A stretch of DNA of 64,000 nt from Eledone cirrhosa (Eukaryota): assembly GCA_964016885.1 (NCBI GenBank), contig OZ024740.1, positions 438,402,001 through 438,466,000 on the forward strand, in the 5' to 3' direction. The position numbers and the translations under genes are program-made. The notes beneath the pieces were generated by a model, which saw nothing but the letters and a program-made list of their open reading frames with translations, was not told the origin of the DNA and did no database searches. The stretch's first letter is position 1. Each line of letters begins with the position of its first letter. Shown one piece after another: positions 17,401 to 31,851 of the stretch.

Positions 17401-20400
17401 AGGCCTTTATAGAACATACCTTTGTAGTACATACCTTTATAGTACATACCTTAATAGAACATGCCTTTATAGAAAATACCTTTATAGAACAGACCTTTAT
17501 AGAACATACCTTTGTAGAAAATACCTTTATAGAAAATACCTTTATAGAACATACCTTTATAGAACATACCTTTATAGAACATACCTTTATAGAACACACC
17601 TTAATAGAACATACCTTTATAGAACATACCTTTATAGAACATACCTTTATAGAACCTAACTTCATAGAACATACCTTTATAGAACATACCTTTATAGAAC
17701 ATACCTTTATAGAATATACCTTTATAGAATATACCTTTATAGAACAGAACTTTATAGAACATACCTTTATAGAACATACCTTTATAGAACATACCTTTAT
17801 AGAACAGACCTTTATAGAACATACCTTTATAGAAAATACCTTTATAGAACATACCTTTATAGAACACACCTTTATAGAACATACCTTTATTGAACATACC
17901 TCAATATAACATAACTTAATTGAACACACCTTTATAGAACACACCTTAATAGAACACACCTTTATAGACCATACCTTAATAGAACATACCTTTATAGAAC
18001 AGACCTTTATAGAACATACCTTTATACAACATACCTTTATAGAACACACCTTAATAGAACATACCTTTATAGAACATACCTTTATAGAACACACCTTTAT
18101 AGAACATACCTTTATAGAATATACCTTTCTAGAAGATACCTTTATAGAACAGATCTTTATAGAACATACCTTTATAGTACATACCTTTATAGTACATACC
18201 TTAATAGAACATACCTTTATAGAACATATCTTTATAGAACATACCTTTATAGAACATACCTTTATAGTACATACCTTTATAGTACAAACCTTAATAGAAC
18301 ATACCTTTATAGAACATAGCTTTATAGAACACACCTTAATAGAACACACCTTTATAGAACATAGCTTAATAGAACATACCTTTATAGAACATACCTTTAT
18401 ATTACACAACTATATAGTAGACACCTTTAGCGTACATACCTTAATAGAACATAGCTTTATAGAACATATCTTTAGAGAACATATCTTTATAGAATAGACC
18501 TTTATAGAACATACCTTTATAGAACACACCTTTATAATACATAACTTTATAGAACACACCTTTATAGAACATACCTTTATAGAACATACCTTTATAGAAC
18601 ACACCTTTATAGAATACACCTTAATATAACATACCTTAATAGAACACACCTTTATAGAACTTATCTTTATAGTACATACCTTTATAGAACACAACTTTAT
18701 AGAATATACCTTTATAGAATGTACCCTTATAGAACACACCTCTATAGTACATACCTTAAAAGAACATACCTTTATAGAACACACCTTTAGAGTACATACA
18801 TTAATAGAACATACCTTAATAGAACATACCTTTATAGAACATACTTTAATAGAACATGCCTTTATAGAACATACTTTAATAGAACATGCCTTTATAGAAC
18901 AGACCTTTATAGAACATACCTTTATAGTTATTACCTTTATGGAACATACCTTAATAGAACATACCTTTATAGAACACACATTTATAGAACAGACTCTTAT
19001 AGAACATACCTTTATAGAATATACCTTTATAGAACAGACCTTTATAGAACATACCTTTATAGAACACACCTTAATAGAACATGCCTTTATAGAACAGGCC
19101 TTTATAGAACATACCTTTATAGTACATACCTTTATAGTACATACCTTAATAGAACATGCCTTTATAGAAAATACCTATATAGAACAGACCTTTATAGAAC
19201 ATACCTTTATAGAAAATACCTTTATAGAAAATACCTTTATAGAACATTACTTTATAGAACATACCTCTATAGAACACACCTTAAGAGAACATACCTTTAT
19301 AGAACATACCTTTATAGAACATACCATTATAGTACATACCTTTATAGTACAAACCTTAATAGAACATACCTTTATAGAACATAGCTTTATAGAACACACC
19401 TTAATAGAACACACCTTTATAGAACATAGCTTAATAGAACATACCTTTATAGAACAGACCTTTATAGAACATACCTTTATAGAACATACCTTTATAGAAC
19501 ATACCTTTATAGAACACACCTTTATAGAACAGACCTTTATAGAACATACCTCTATAGAACATACCTTTATAGAATAGACCTTTATAGAACATACCTTTAG
19601 AGAACATACCTTTATAGAATAGACCTTTATAGACCATACCTTTTTAGAACACACCTTTATAGAACATACCTTTATATTACACAACTTTATAGTACACACC
19701 TTTAGCGTACATACCTTAATAGAACATACCTTTATAGAACATATCTTTAGAGAATATATCTTTATAGAATAGACCTTTATAGAACATACCTTTATAGAAC
19801 ACACCTTTATAATACATAACTTTATAGAACACACCTTTATAGAACTTACCTTTATAGAACATACCTTTATAGAACATACCTATATAGAATACACCTTAAT
19901 ATAACATACCTTAATAGAACACACCTTTATAGAACTTATCTTTATAGTACATACCTTCATAGAACACACCTTTATAGAATATACCTTTATAGAATGTACC
20001 CTCATAGAACACACCTTTATAGTACATACCTTAAAAGAACATACCTTTATAGAACACACCTTTATAGTACATACATTAATAGAACATACCTTAATAGAAC
20101 ATACCTTTATAGAACATACTTTAATAGAACATGCCTTTATAGAACATACTTTAATAGAACATGCCTTTATAGAACAGACCTTTATAGAACATACCTTTAT
20201 AGTTATTACCTTTATAGAACATACCTTAATAGAACATACCTTTATAGAACACACCTTAATAGAACATGCCTTTATAGAACAGGCCTTTATAGAACATACC
20301 TTTATAGTACATACCTTTATAGTACATAACTTAATAGAACATGCCTTTATAGAAAATACCTTTATAGAACAGAACTTTATAGAACATATCTTTATAGAAA

Positions 20401-20454
20401 ATACCTTTATAGAAAATACCTTTATAGAACATACCTTTATAGAACATACCTTTA

Positions 20455-23400
20455 TAGAACATACCTTTATAGAACAGACCTTTATAGAACATACCTTTAT
20501 AGAACATACCTTTATAGAACATACCTTTATAGAACACACCTTTATAGAATAGACCTTTTAGAACATACCTCTATAGAACATACCTTTATAGAATACACCT
20601 TTATAGAACATACCTTTATAGAACATACCTTTATAGAATAGACCTTTATAGAACATACCTTTTTAGAACACACCTTTATAGAACATACCTTTATAGAACA
20701 CACCTTTATAGAACATACCTTTATATTACACAACTTTATAGTACACACCTTTAGCGTACATACCTTAATAGAACATACCTTTATAGAACATATCTTTAGA
20801 GAATATATCTTTATAGAATAGACCTTTATAGAACATACCTTTATAGAACACACCTTTATAATACATAACTTAATAGAACACACCTTTATAGAACATACCT
20901 TTATAGAACATACCTTTATAGAACACACCTTTATAGAATACACCTTAATATAACATACCTTAATAGAACACACCTTTATAGAACTTATCTTTATAGTACA
21001 TACCTTTATAGAACACACCTTTATAGAATATACCTTTATAGAATGTACCCTTATAGAACACACCTTTATAGTACATACCTTAAAAGAACATACCTTTATA
21101 GAACACACCTTTATAGTACATACATTAATAGAACATACCTTAATAGAACATACCTTTATAGAACATACTTTAATAGAACATGCCTTTATAGAACATACTT
21201 TAATAGAACATGCCTTTGTAGAACAGACCTTTATAGAACATACCTTTATAGATATTACCTTTATAGGACATACCTTAATAGAACATACCTTTATAGAACA
21301 CACCTTTATAGAACAGACCCTTATAGAACATACCTTTATAGAATATACCTTTATAGAACAGACCTTTAGAGAACATACCTTTATAGAACACACCTTAATA
21401 GAACATGCCTTTATAGAACAGGCCTTTATAGAACATACCTTTATAGTACATACCTTTATAGTACATACCTTAATAGAACATGCCTTTATAGAAAATACCT
21501 TTATAGAACAGACCTTTATAGAACATACCTTTATAGAAAATACCTTTATAGAAAATACCTTTATAGAACATACCTCTATAGAACATACCTTTATAGAACA
21601 TACCTTTATAGAACACACCTTAATAGAACATACCTTTATAGAACATACCTTTATAGAACATACCTTTATAGAACATAACTTTATAGAACATACCTTTATA
21701 GAACATACCTTTATAGAACATACCTTTATAGAACATACCTTTATAGAACACACCTTAATAGAACATACCTTTATAGAACATACCTTTATAGAACATACCT
21801 TTATAGAACATAACTTTATAGAACATACCTTTATAGAACATACCTTTATAGAACATACCTTTATAGAATATACCTTTATAGAATATACCTTTATAGAACA
21901 GAACTTTATAGAACATACCTTTATAGAACATACCTTTATAGAACATACCTTTATAGAACAGACCTTTATAGAACATACCTTTATAGAAAATACCTTTATA
22001 GAACATACCTTTATAGAACACACCTTTATGGAACATACCTTTATTGAACATACCTCAATATAACATACCTTAATTGAACACACCTTTATAGAACACACCT
22101 TAATAGAACACACCTTTATAGACCATGCCTTAATAGAACATACCTTTATAGAACAGACCTTTATAGAACATACCTTTATAGAACATACCTTTATAGAACG
22201 CACCTTAATGGAACATACCTTTATAGAACATACCTTTATAGAACAGACCTTTATAGAACATACCTTCATAGAACATACCATTATAGAACATATCTTGAAA
22301 AAAACTTACCTTTATAGAACATACCTTTATAGTACATACCTTTATAGTACAAACCTTAATAGAACATACCTTTATAGAACATAGCTTTATAGAACATACC
22401 TTTATAGAACACACCTTAATAGAACATACCTTTATAGAACATACCTTTATAGAACATAACTTTATAGAACATAACTTTATAGAACATACCTTTATAGAAC
22501 ATACCTTTATAGAACATACCTTTATAGAATATACCTTTATAGAATATACCTTTATAGAACATACCTTTATAGAACATACCTTTATAGAACACACCTTAAT
22601 AGAACATACCTTTATAGAACATAACTTTATAGAACATACCTTTATAGAACATAACTTTATAGAACATACCTTTATAGAACATACCTTTATAGAACATACC
22701 TTTATAGAATATACCTTTATAGAATATACCTTTATAGAACAGACCTTTATAGAACATACCTTTATAGAACATACCTTTATAGAACATACCTTTATAGAAC
22801 AGACCTTTATAGAACATACCTTTATAGAAAATACCTTTATAGAACATACCTTTATAGAATATACCTTTATAGAATATACCTTTATAGAACAGACCTTTAT
22901 AGAACATACCTTTATAGAACATACCTTTATAGAACATACCTTTATAGAACATGCCTTTATAGAACATACCTTTATAGAACATATCTTTATAGAACAGACC
23001 TTTATAGAACATATCTTTATAGAACATACCTTTATAGAACATACCTTTATAGAATATACCTTTATAGAACAGACCTTTATAGAATAGACCTTTATAGAAC
23101 ATACCTTTATAGAACACACCTTTATAATACATAACTTAATAGAACACACCTTTATAGAACATACCTTTATAGAACATACCTTTATAGAACACACCTTTAT
23201 AGAATACACCTTAATATAACAAACCTTAATAGAACACACCTTTATAGAACTTATCTTTATAGTACATACCTTTATAGAACACACCTTTATAGAATATACC
23301 TTTATAGAATGTACCCTTATAGAACACACCTTTATAGTACATACCTTAAAAGAACATACCTTTATAGAACACACCTTTATAGTACATACATTAATAGAAC

Positions 23401-26400
23401 ATACCTTAATAGAACATACCTTTATAGAACATACTATAATAGAACATGCCTTTATAGTACATACTTTAATAGAACATGCCTTTGTAGAACAGACCTTTAT
23501 AGAACATACCTTTATAGATATTACCTTTATAGGACATACCTTAATAGAACATACCTTTATAGAACACACCTTTATAGAACAGACCCTTATAGAACATACC
23601 TTTATAGAATATACCTTTATAGAACAGACCTTTAGAGAACATACCTTTATAGAACACACCTTAATAGAACATGCCTTTATAGAACAGGCCTTTATAGAAC
23701 ATACCTTTATAGTACATACCTTTATAGTACATACCTTAATAGAACATACCTTTATAGAAAATACCTTTATAGAAAATACCTTTATAGAACATACCTCTAT
23801 AGAACATACCTTTATAGAACATACCTTTATAGAACACACCTTAATAGAACATACCTTTATAGAACATACCTTTATAGAACATACCTTTATAGAACATAAC
23901 TTTATAGAACATACCTTTATAGAACATACCTTTATAGAACATACCTTTATAGAACATACCTTTATAGAACACACCTTAATAGAACATACCTTTATAGAAC
24001 ATACCTTTATAGAACATACCTTTATAGAACATAACTTTATAGAACATACCTTTATAGAACATACCTTTATAGAACATACCTTTATAGAATATACCTTTAT
24101 AGAATATACCTTTATAGAACAGAACTTTATAGAACATACCTTTATAGAACATACCTTTATAGAACATACCTTTATAGAACAGACCTTTATAGAACATACC
24201 TTTATAGAAAATACCTTTATAGAACATACATTTATAGAACACAGCTTTATGGAACATACCTTTATTGAACATACCTCAATATAACATACCTTAATTGAAC
24301 ACACCTTTATAGAACACACCTTAATAGAACACACCTTTATAGACCATGCCTTAATAGAACATACCTTTATAGAACAGACCTTTATAGAACATACCTTTAT
24401 GGAACATACCTTTATAGAACGCACCTTAATAGAACATACCTTTATAGAACATACCTTTATAGAACAGACCTTTATAGAACATACCTTCATAGAACATACC
24501 TTTATAGAACATATCTTGAAAAAAACTTACCTTTATAGAACATACCTTTATAGTACATACTTTTATAGTACAAACCTTAATAGAACATACCTTTATAGAA
24601 CATAGCTTTATAGAACATACCTTTATAGAACACACCTTAATAGAACATACCTTTATAAAACATACCTTTATAGAACATAACTTTATAGAACATAACTTTA
24701 TAGAACATACCTTTATAGAACATACCTTTATAGAACATACCTTTATAGAATATACCTTTATAGAATATACCTTTATAGAACATACCTTTATAGAACATAC
24801 CTTTATAGAACACACCTTAATAGAACATACCTTTATAGAACATAACTTTATAGAACATACCTTTATAGAACATAACTTTATAGAACATACCTTTATAGAA
24901 CATACCTTTATAGAACATACCTTTATAGAATAGACCTTTATAGAATATACCTTTATAGAACAGACCTTTATAGAACATACCTTTATAGAACATACCTTTA
25001 TAGAACATACCTTTATAGAACAGACCTTTATAGAACATACCTTTATAGAAAATACCTTTATAGAACATACCTTTATAGAATATACTTTTATAGAATATAC
25101 CTTTATAGAACAGACCTTTATAGAACATACCTTTATAGAACATACCTTTATAGAACATACCTTTATAGAACATGCCTTTATAGAACATACCTTAAGAGAA
25201 CATACCTTTATAGAACATACCTTTATAGAACATACCATTATAGTACATACCTTTATAGTACAAACCTTAATAGAACATACCTTTATAGAACATAGCTTTA
25301 TAGAACACACCTTAATAGAACACACCTTTATAGAACATAGCTTAATAGAACATACCTTTATAGAACAGACCTTTATAGAACATACCTTTATAGAACATAC
25401 CTTTATAGAACATACCTTTATAGAACACACCTTTATAGAACAGACCTTTATAGAACATACCTCTATAGAACATACCTTTATAGAATAGACCTTTATAGAA
25501 CATACCTTTAGAGAACATACCTTTATAGAATAGACCTTTATAGACCATACCTTTTTAGAACACACCTTTATAGAACATACCTTTATAGAACACACCTTTA
25601 TAGAACATACCTTTATATTACACAACTTTATAGTACACACCTTTAGCGTACATACCTTAATAGAACATACCTTTATAGAACATATCTTTAGAGAATATAT
25701 CTTTATAGAATAGACCTTTATAGAACATACCTTTATAGAACACACCTTTATAATACATAACTTTATAGAACACACCTTTATAGAACTTACCTTTATAGAA
25801 CATACCTTTATAGAACATACCTATATAGAATACACCTTAATATAACATACCTTAATAGAACACACCTTTATAGAACTTATCTTTATAGTACATACCTTCA
25901 TAGAACACACCTTTATAGAATATACCTTTATAGAATGTACCCTCATAGAACACACCTTTATAGTACATACCTTAAAAGAACATACCTTTATAGAACACAC
26001 CTTTATAGTACATACATTAATAGAACATACCTTAATAGAACATACCTTTATAGAACATACTTTAATAGAACATGCCTTTATAGAACATACTTTAATAGAA
26101 CATGCCTTTATAGAACAGACCTTTATAGAACATACCTTTATAGTTATTACCTTTATAGAACATACCTTAATAGAACATACCTTTATAGAACACACCTTAA
26201 TAGAACATGCCTTTATAGAACAGGCCTTTATAGAACATACCTTTATAGTACATACCTTTATAGTACATAACTTAATAGAACATGCCTTTATAGAAAATAC
26301 CTTTATAGAACAGAACTTTATAGAACATATCTTTATAGAAAATACCTTTATAGAAAATACCTTTATAGAACATACCTTTATAGAACATACCTTTATAGAA

Positions 26401-29400
26401 CATACCTTTATAGAACACACCTTAATAGAACATACCTTTATAGAACATACCTTTATAGAACATACCTTTATAGAACATAACTTTATAGAACATACCTTTA
26501 TAGAACATACCTTTATAGAATATACCTTTATAGAATATACCTTTATAGAACATACCTTTATAGAACATACCTTTATAGAACACACCTTAATAGAACATAC
26601 CTTTATAGAACATAACTTTATAGAACATACCTTTATAGAACATAACTTTATAGAACATACCTTTATAGAACATACCTTTATAGAACATACCTTTATATAA
26701 TATACCTTTATAGAATATACCTTTATAGAACAGACCTTTATAGAACATACCTTTATAGAACATACCTTTATAGAACATACCTTTATAGAACATACCTTTA
26801 TAGAACATACCTTTATAGAAAATACCTTTATAGAACATACCTTTATAGAATATACCTTTATAGAATATACCTTTATAGAACAGACCTTTATAGAACATAC
26901 CTTTATAGAACATACCTTTATAGAACATTCCTTTATAGAACATGCCTTTATAGAACATACCTTTATAGAACATATCTTTATAGAACAGACCTTTATAGAA
27001 CATATCTTTATAGTACATACCTTTATAGTACAAACCTTAATAGAACATACCTTTATAGAACATAGCTTTATAGAACACACCTTAATAGAACACACCTTTA
27101 TAGAACATAGCTTAATAGAACATACCTTTATAGAACAGACCTTTATAGAACATACCTTTATAGAACATACCTTTATAGAACATACCTTTATAGAACACAC
27201 CTTTATAGAATAGACCTTTTAGAACATACCTCTATAGAACATACCTTTATAGAATACACCTTTATAGAACATACCTTTATAGAACATACCTTTATAGAAT
27301 AGACCTTTATAGAACATACCTTTTTAGAACACACCTTTATAGAACATACCTTTATAGAACACACCTTTATAGAACATACCTTTATATTACACAACTTTAT
27401 AGTACACACCTTTAGCGTACATACCTTAATAGAACATACCTTTATAGAACATATCTTTAGAGAATATATCTTTAGAGAATAGACCTTTATAGAACATACC
27501 TTTATAGAACACACCTTTATAATACATAACTTAATAGAACACACCTTTATAGAACATACCTTTATAGAACATACCTTTATAGAACACACCTTTATAGAAT
27601 ACACCTTAATATAACATACCTTAATAGAACACACCTTTATAGAACTTATCTTTATAGTACATACCTTTATAGAACACACCTTTATAGAATATACCTTTAT
27701 AGAATGTACCCTTATAGAACACACCTTTATAGTACATACCTTAAAAGAACATACCTTTATAGAACACACCTTTATAGTACATACATTAATAGAACATACC
27801 TTAATAGAACATACCTTTATAGAACATACTTTAATAGAACATGCCTTTATAGAACATACTTTAATAGAACATGCCTTTGTAGAACAGACCTTTATAGAAC
27901 ATACCTTTATAGATATTACCTTTATAGGACATACCTTAATAGAACATACCTTTATAGAACACACCTTTATAGAACAGACCCTTATAGAACATACCTTTAT
28001 AGAATATACCTTTATAGAACAGACCTTTAGAGAACATACCTTTATAGAACACACCTTAATAGAACATGCCTTTATAGAACAGGCCTTTATAGAACATACC
28101 TTTATAGTACATACCTTTATAGTATATACCTTAATAGAACATGCCTTTATAGAAAATACCTTTATAGAACAGACCTTTATAGAACATACCTTTATAGAAA
28201 ATACCTTTATAGAAAATACCTTTATAGAACATACCTCTATAGAACATACCTTTATAGAACATACCTTTATAGAACACACCTTAATAGAACATACCTTTAT
28301 AGAACATACCTTTATAGAACATACCTTTATAGAACATAACTTTATAGAACATACCTTTATAGAACATACCTTTATAGAACATACCTTTATAGAACATACC
28401 TTTATAGAACACACCTTAATAGAACATACCTTTATAGAACATACCTTTATAGAACATACCTTTATAGAACATAACTTTATAGAACATACCTTTATAGAAC
28501 ATACCTTTATAGAACATACCTTTATAGAATATACCTTTATAGAATATACCTTTATAGAACAGAACTTTATAGAACATACCTTTATAGAACATACCTTTAT
28601 AGAACATACCTTTATAGAACAGACCTTTATAGAACATACCTTTATAGAAAATACCTTTATAGAACATACCTTTATAGAACACACCTTTATGGAACATACC
28701 TTTATTGAACATACCTCAATATAACATACCTTAATTGAACACACCTTTATAGAACACACCTTAATAGAACACACCTTTATAGACCATGCCTTAATAGAAC
28801 ATACCTTTATAGAACAGACCTTTATAGAACATACCTTTATAGAACATACCTTTATAGAACGCACCTTAATGGAACATACCTTTATAGAACATACCTTTAT
28901 AGAACAGACCTTTATAGAACATACCTTCATAGAACATACCATTATAGAACATATCTTGAAAAAAACTTACCTTTATAGAACATACCTTTATAGTACATAC
29001 CTTTATAGTACAAACCTTAATAGAACATACCTTTATAGAACATAGCTTTATAGAACATACCTTTATAGAACACACCTTAATAGAACATACCTTTATAGAA
29101 CATACCTTTATAGAACATAACTTTATAGAACATAACTTTATAGAACATACCTTTATAGAACATACCTTTATAGAACATACCTTTATAGAATATACCTTTA
29201 TAGAATATACCTTTATAGAACATACCTTTATAGAACATACCTTTATAGAACACACCTTAATAGAACATACCTTTATAGAACATAACTTTATAGAACATAC
29301 CTTTATAGAACATAACTTTATAGAACATACCTTTATAGAACATACCTTTATAGAACATACCTTTATAGAATATACCTTTATAGAATATACCTTTATAGAA

Positions 29401-31851
29401 CAGACCTTTATAGAACATACCTTTATAGAACATACCTTTATAGAACATACCTTTATAGAACAGACCTTTATAGAACATACCTTTATAGAAAATACCTTTA
29501 TAGAACATACCTTTATAGAATATACCTTTATAGAATATACCTTTATAGAACAGACCTTTATAGAACATACCTTTATAGAACATACCTTTATAGAACATAC
29601 CTTTATAGAACATGCCTTTATAGAACATACCTTTATAGAACATATCTTTATAGAACAGACCTTTATAGAACATATCTTTATAGAACATACCTTTATAGAA
29701 CATACCTTTATAGAATATACCTTTATAGAACAGACCTTTATAGAATAGACCTTTATAGAACATACCTTTATAGAACAAACCTTTATAATACATAACTTAA
29801 TAGAACACACCTTTATAGAACATACCTTTATAGAACATACCTTTATAGAACACACCTTTATAGAATACACCTTAATATAACATACCTTAATAGAACACAC
29901 CTTTATAGAACTTATCTTTATAGTACATACCTTTATAGAACACACCTTTATAGAATATACCTTTATAGAATGTACCCTTATAGAACACACCTTTATAGTA
30001 CATACCTTAAAAGAACATACCTTTATAGAACACACCTTTATAGTACATACATTAATAGAACATACCTTAATAGAACATACCTTTATAGAACATACTTTAA
30101 TAGAACATGCCTTTATAGTACATACTTTAATAGAACATGCCTTTGTAGAACAGACCTTTATAGAACATACCTTTATAGATATTACCTTTATAGGACATAC
30201 CTTAATAGAACATACCTTTATAGAACACACCTTTATAGAACAGACCCTTATAGAACATACCTTTATAGAATATACCTTTATAGAACAGACCTTTAGAGAA
30301 CATACCTTTATAGAACACACCTTAATAGAACATGCCTTTATAGAACAGGCCTTTATAGAACATACCTTTATAGTACATACCTTTATAGTACATACCTTAA
30401 TAGAACATACCTTTATAGAAAATACCTTTATAGAAAATACCTTTATAGAACATACCTCTATAGAACATACCTTTATAGAACATACCTTTATAGAACACAC
30501 CTTAATAGAACATACCTTTATAGAACATACCTTTATAGAACATACCTTTATAGAACATAACTTTATAGAACATACCTTTATAGAACATACCTTTATAGAA
30601 CATACCTTTATAGAACATACCTTTATAGAACACACCTTAATAGAACATACCTTTATAGAACATACCTTTATAGAACATACCTTTATAGAACATAACTTTA
30701 TAGAACATACCTTTATAGAACATACCTTTATAGAACATACCTTTATAGAATATACCTTTATAGAATATACCTTTATAGAACAGAACTTTATAGAACATAC
30801 CTTTATAGAACATACCTTTATAGAACATACCTTTATAGAACAGACCTTTATAGAACATACCTTTATAGAAAATACCTTTATAGAACATACCTTTATAGAA
30901 CACAGCTTTATGGAACATACCTTTATTGAACATACCTCAATATAACATACCTTAATTGAACACACCTTTATAGAACACACCTTAATAGAACACACCTTTA
31001 TAGACCATGCCTTAATAGAACATACCTTTATAGAACAGACCTTTATAGAACATACCTTTATGGAACATACCTTTATAGAACGCACCTTAATAGAACATAC
31101 CTTTATAGAACATACCTTTATAGAACAGACCTTTATAGAACATACCTTCATAGAACATACCTTTATAGAACATATCTTGAAAAAAACTTACCTTTATAGA
31201 ACATACCTTTATAGTACATACTTTTATAGTACAAACCTTAATAGAACATACCTTTATAGAACATAGCTTTATAGAACATACCTTTATAGAACACACCTTA
31301 ATAGAACATACCTTTATAAAACATACCTTTATAGAACATAACTTTATAGAACATAACTTTATAGAACATACCTTTATAGAACATACCTTTATAGAACATA
31401 CCTTTATAGAATATACCTTTATAGAATATACCTTTATAGAACATACCTTTATAGAACATACCTTTATAGAACACACCTTAATAGAACATACCTTTATAGA
31501 ACATAACTTTATAGAACATACCTTTATAGAACATAACTTTATAGAACATACCTTTATAGAACATACCTTTATAGAACATACCTTTATAGAATAGACCTTT
31601 ATAGAATATACCTTTATAGAACAGATCTTTATAGAACATACCTTTATAGAACATACCTTTATAGAACATACCTTTATAGAACAGACCTTTATAGAACATA
31701 CCTTTATAGAAAATACCTTTATAGAACATACCTTTATAGAATATACCTTTATAGAATATACCTTTATAGAACAGACCTTTATAGAACATACCTTTATAGA
31801 ACATACCTTTATAGAACATACCTTTATAGAACATGCCTTTATAGAACATAC
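20455..31851. repeat. Higher-order duplication, offset 6,661 bp (~20455-25190 repeated at ~27116-31851), containing an internal 2,221-bp duplication
   Basis: ORF pairs 20542/27203, 22205/28866 and 24426/31087. A7 marker at 22298/24519 and 28959/31180. The 14-bp monomer occurs at ~20556/27217. Confidence 0.9.
22294..22309 (-). other. Atypical 16-bp monomer GTAAGTTTTTTTCAAG (first of 8 copies)
   Basis: + strand CTTGAAAAAAACTTAC, with the G at 22297, 24518, 28958, 31179, 33939, 37330, 42341 and 45387, always A7. Confidence 0.95.

Larger units (their letters stand above)
1..19019. repeat. Higher-order duplication, offset 10,981 bp (1-8038 repeated at 10982-19019)
   Basis: Identical ORF-track translations at this offset (319/11300, 2269/13250, 3859/14840, 4388/15369, 5479/16460). 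A private TAGC variant is shared at 7473/18454. The copies diverge at 8039/19020. Confidence 0.93.
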
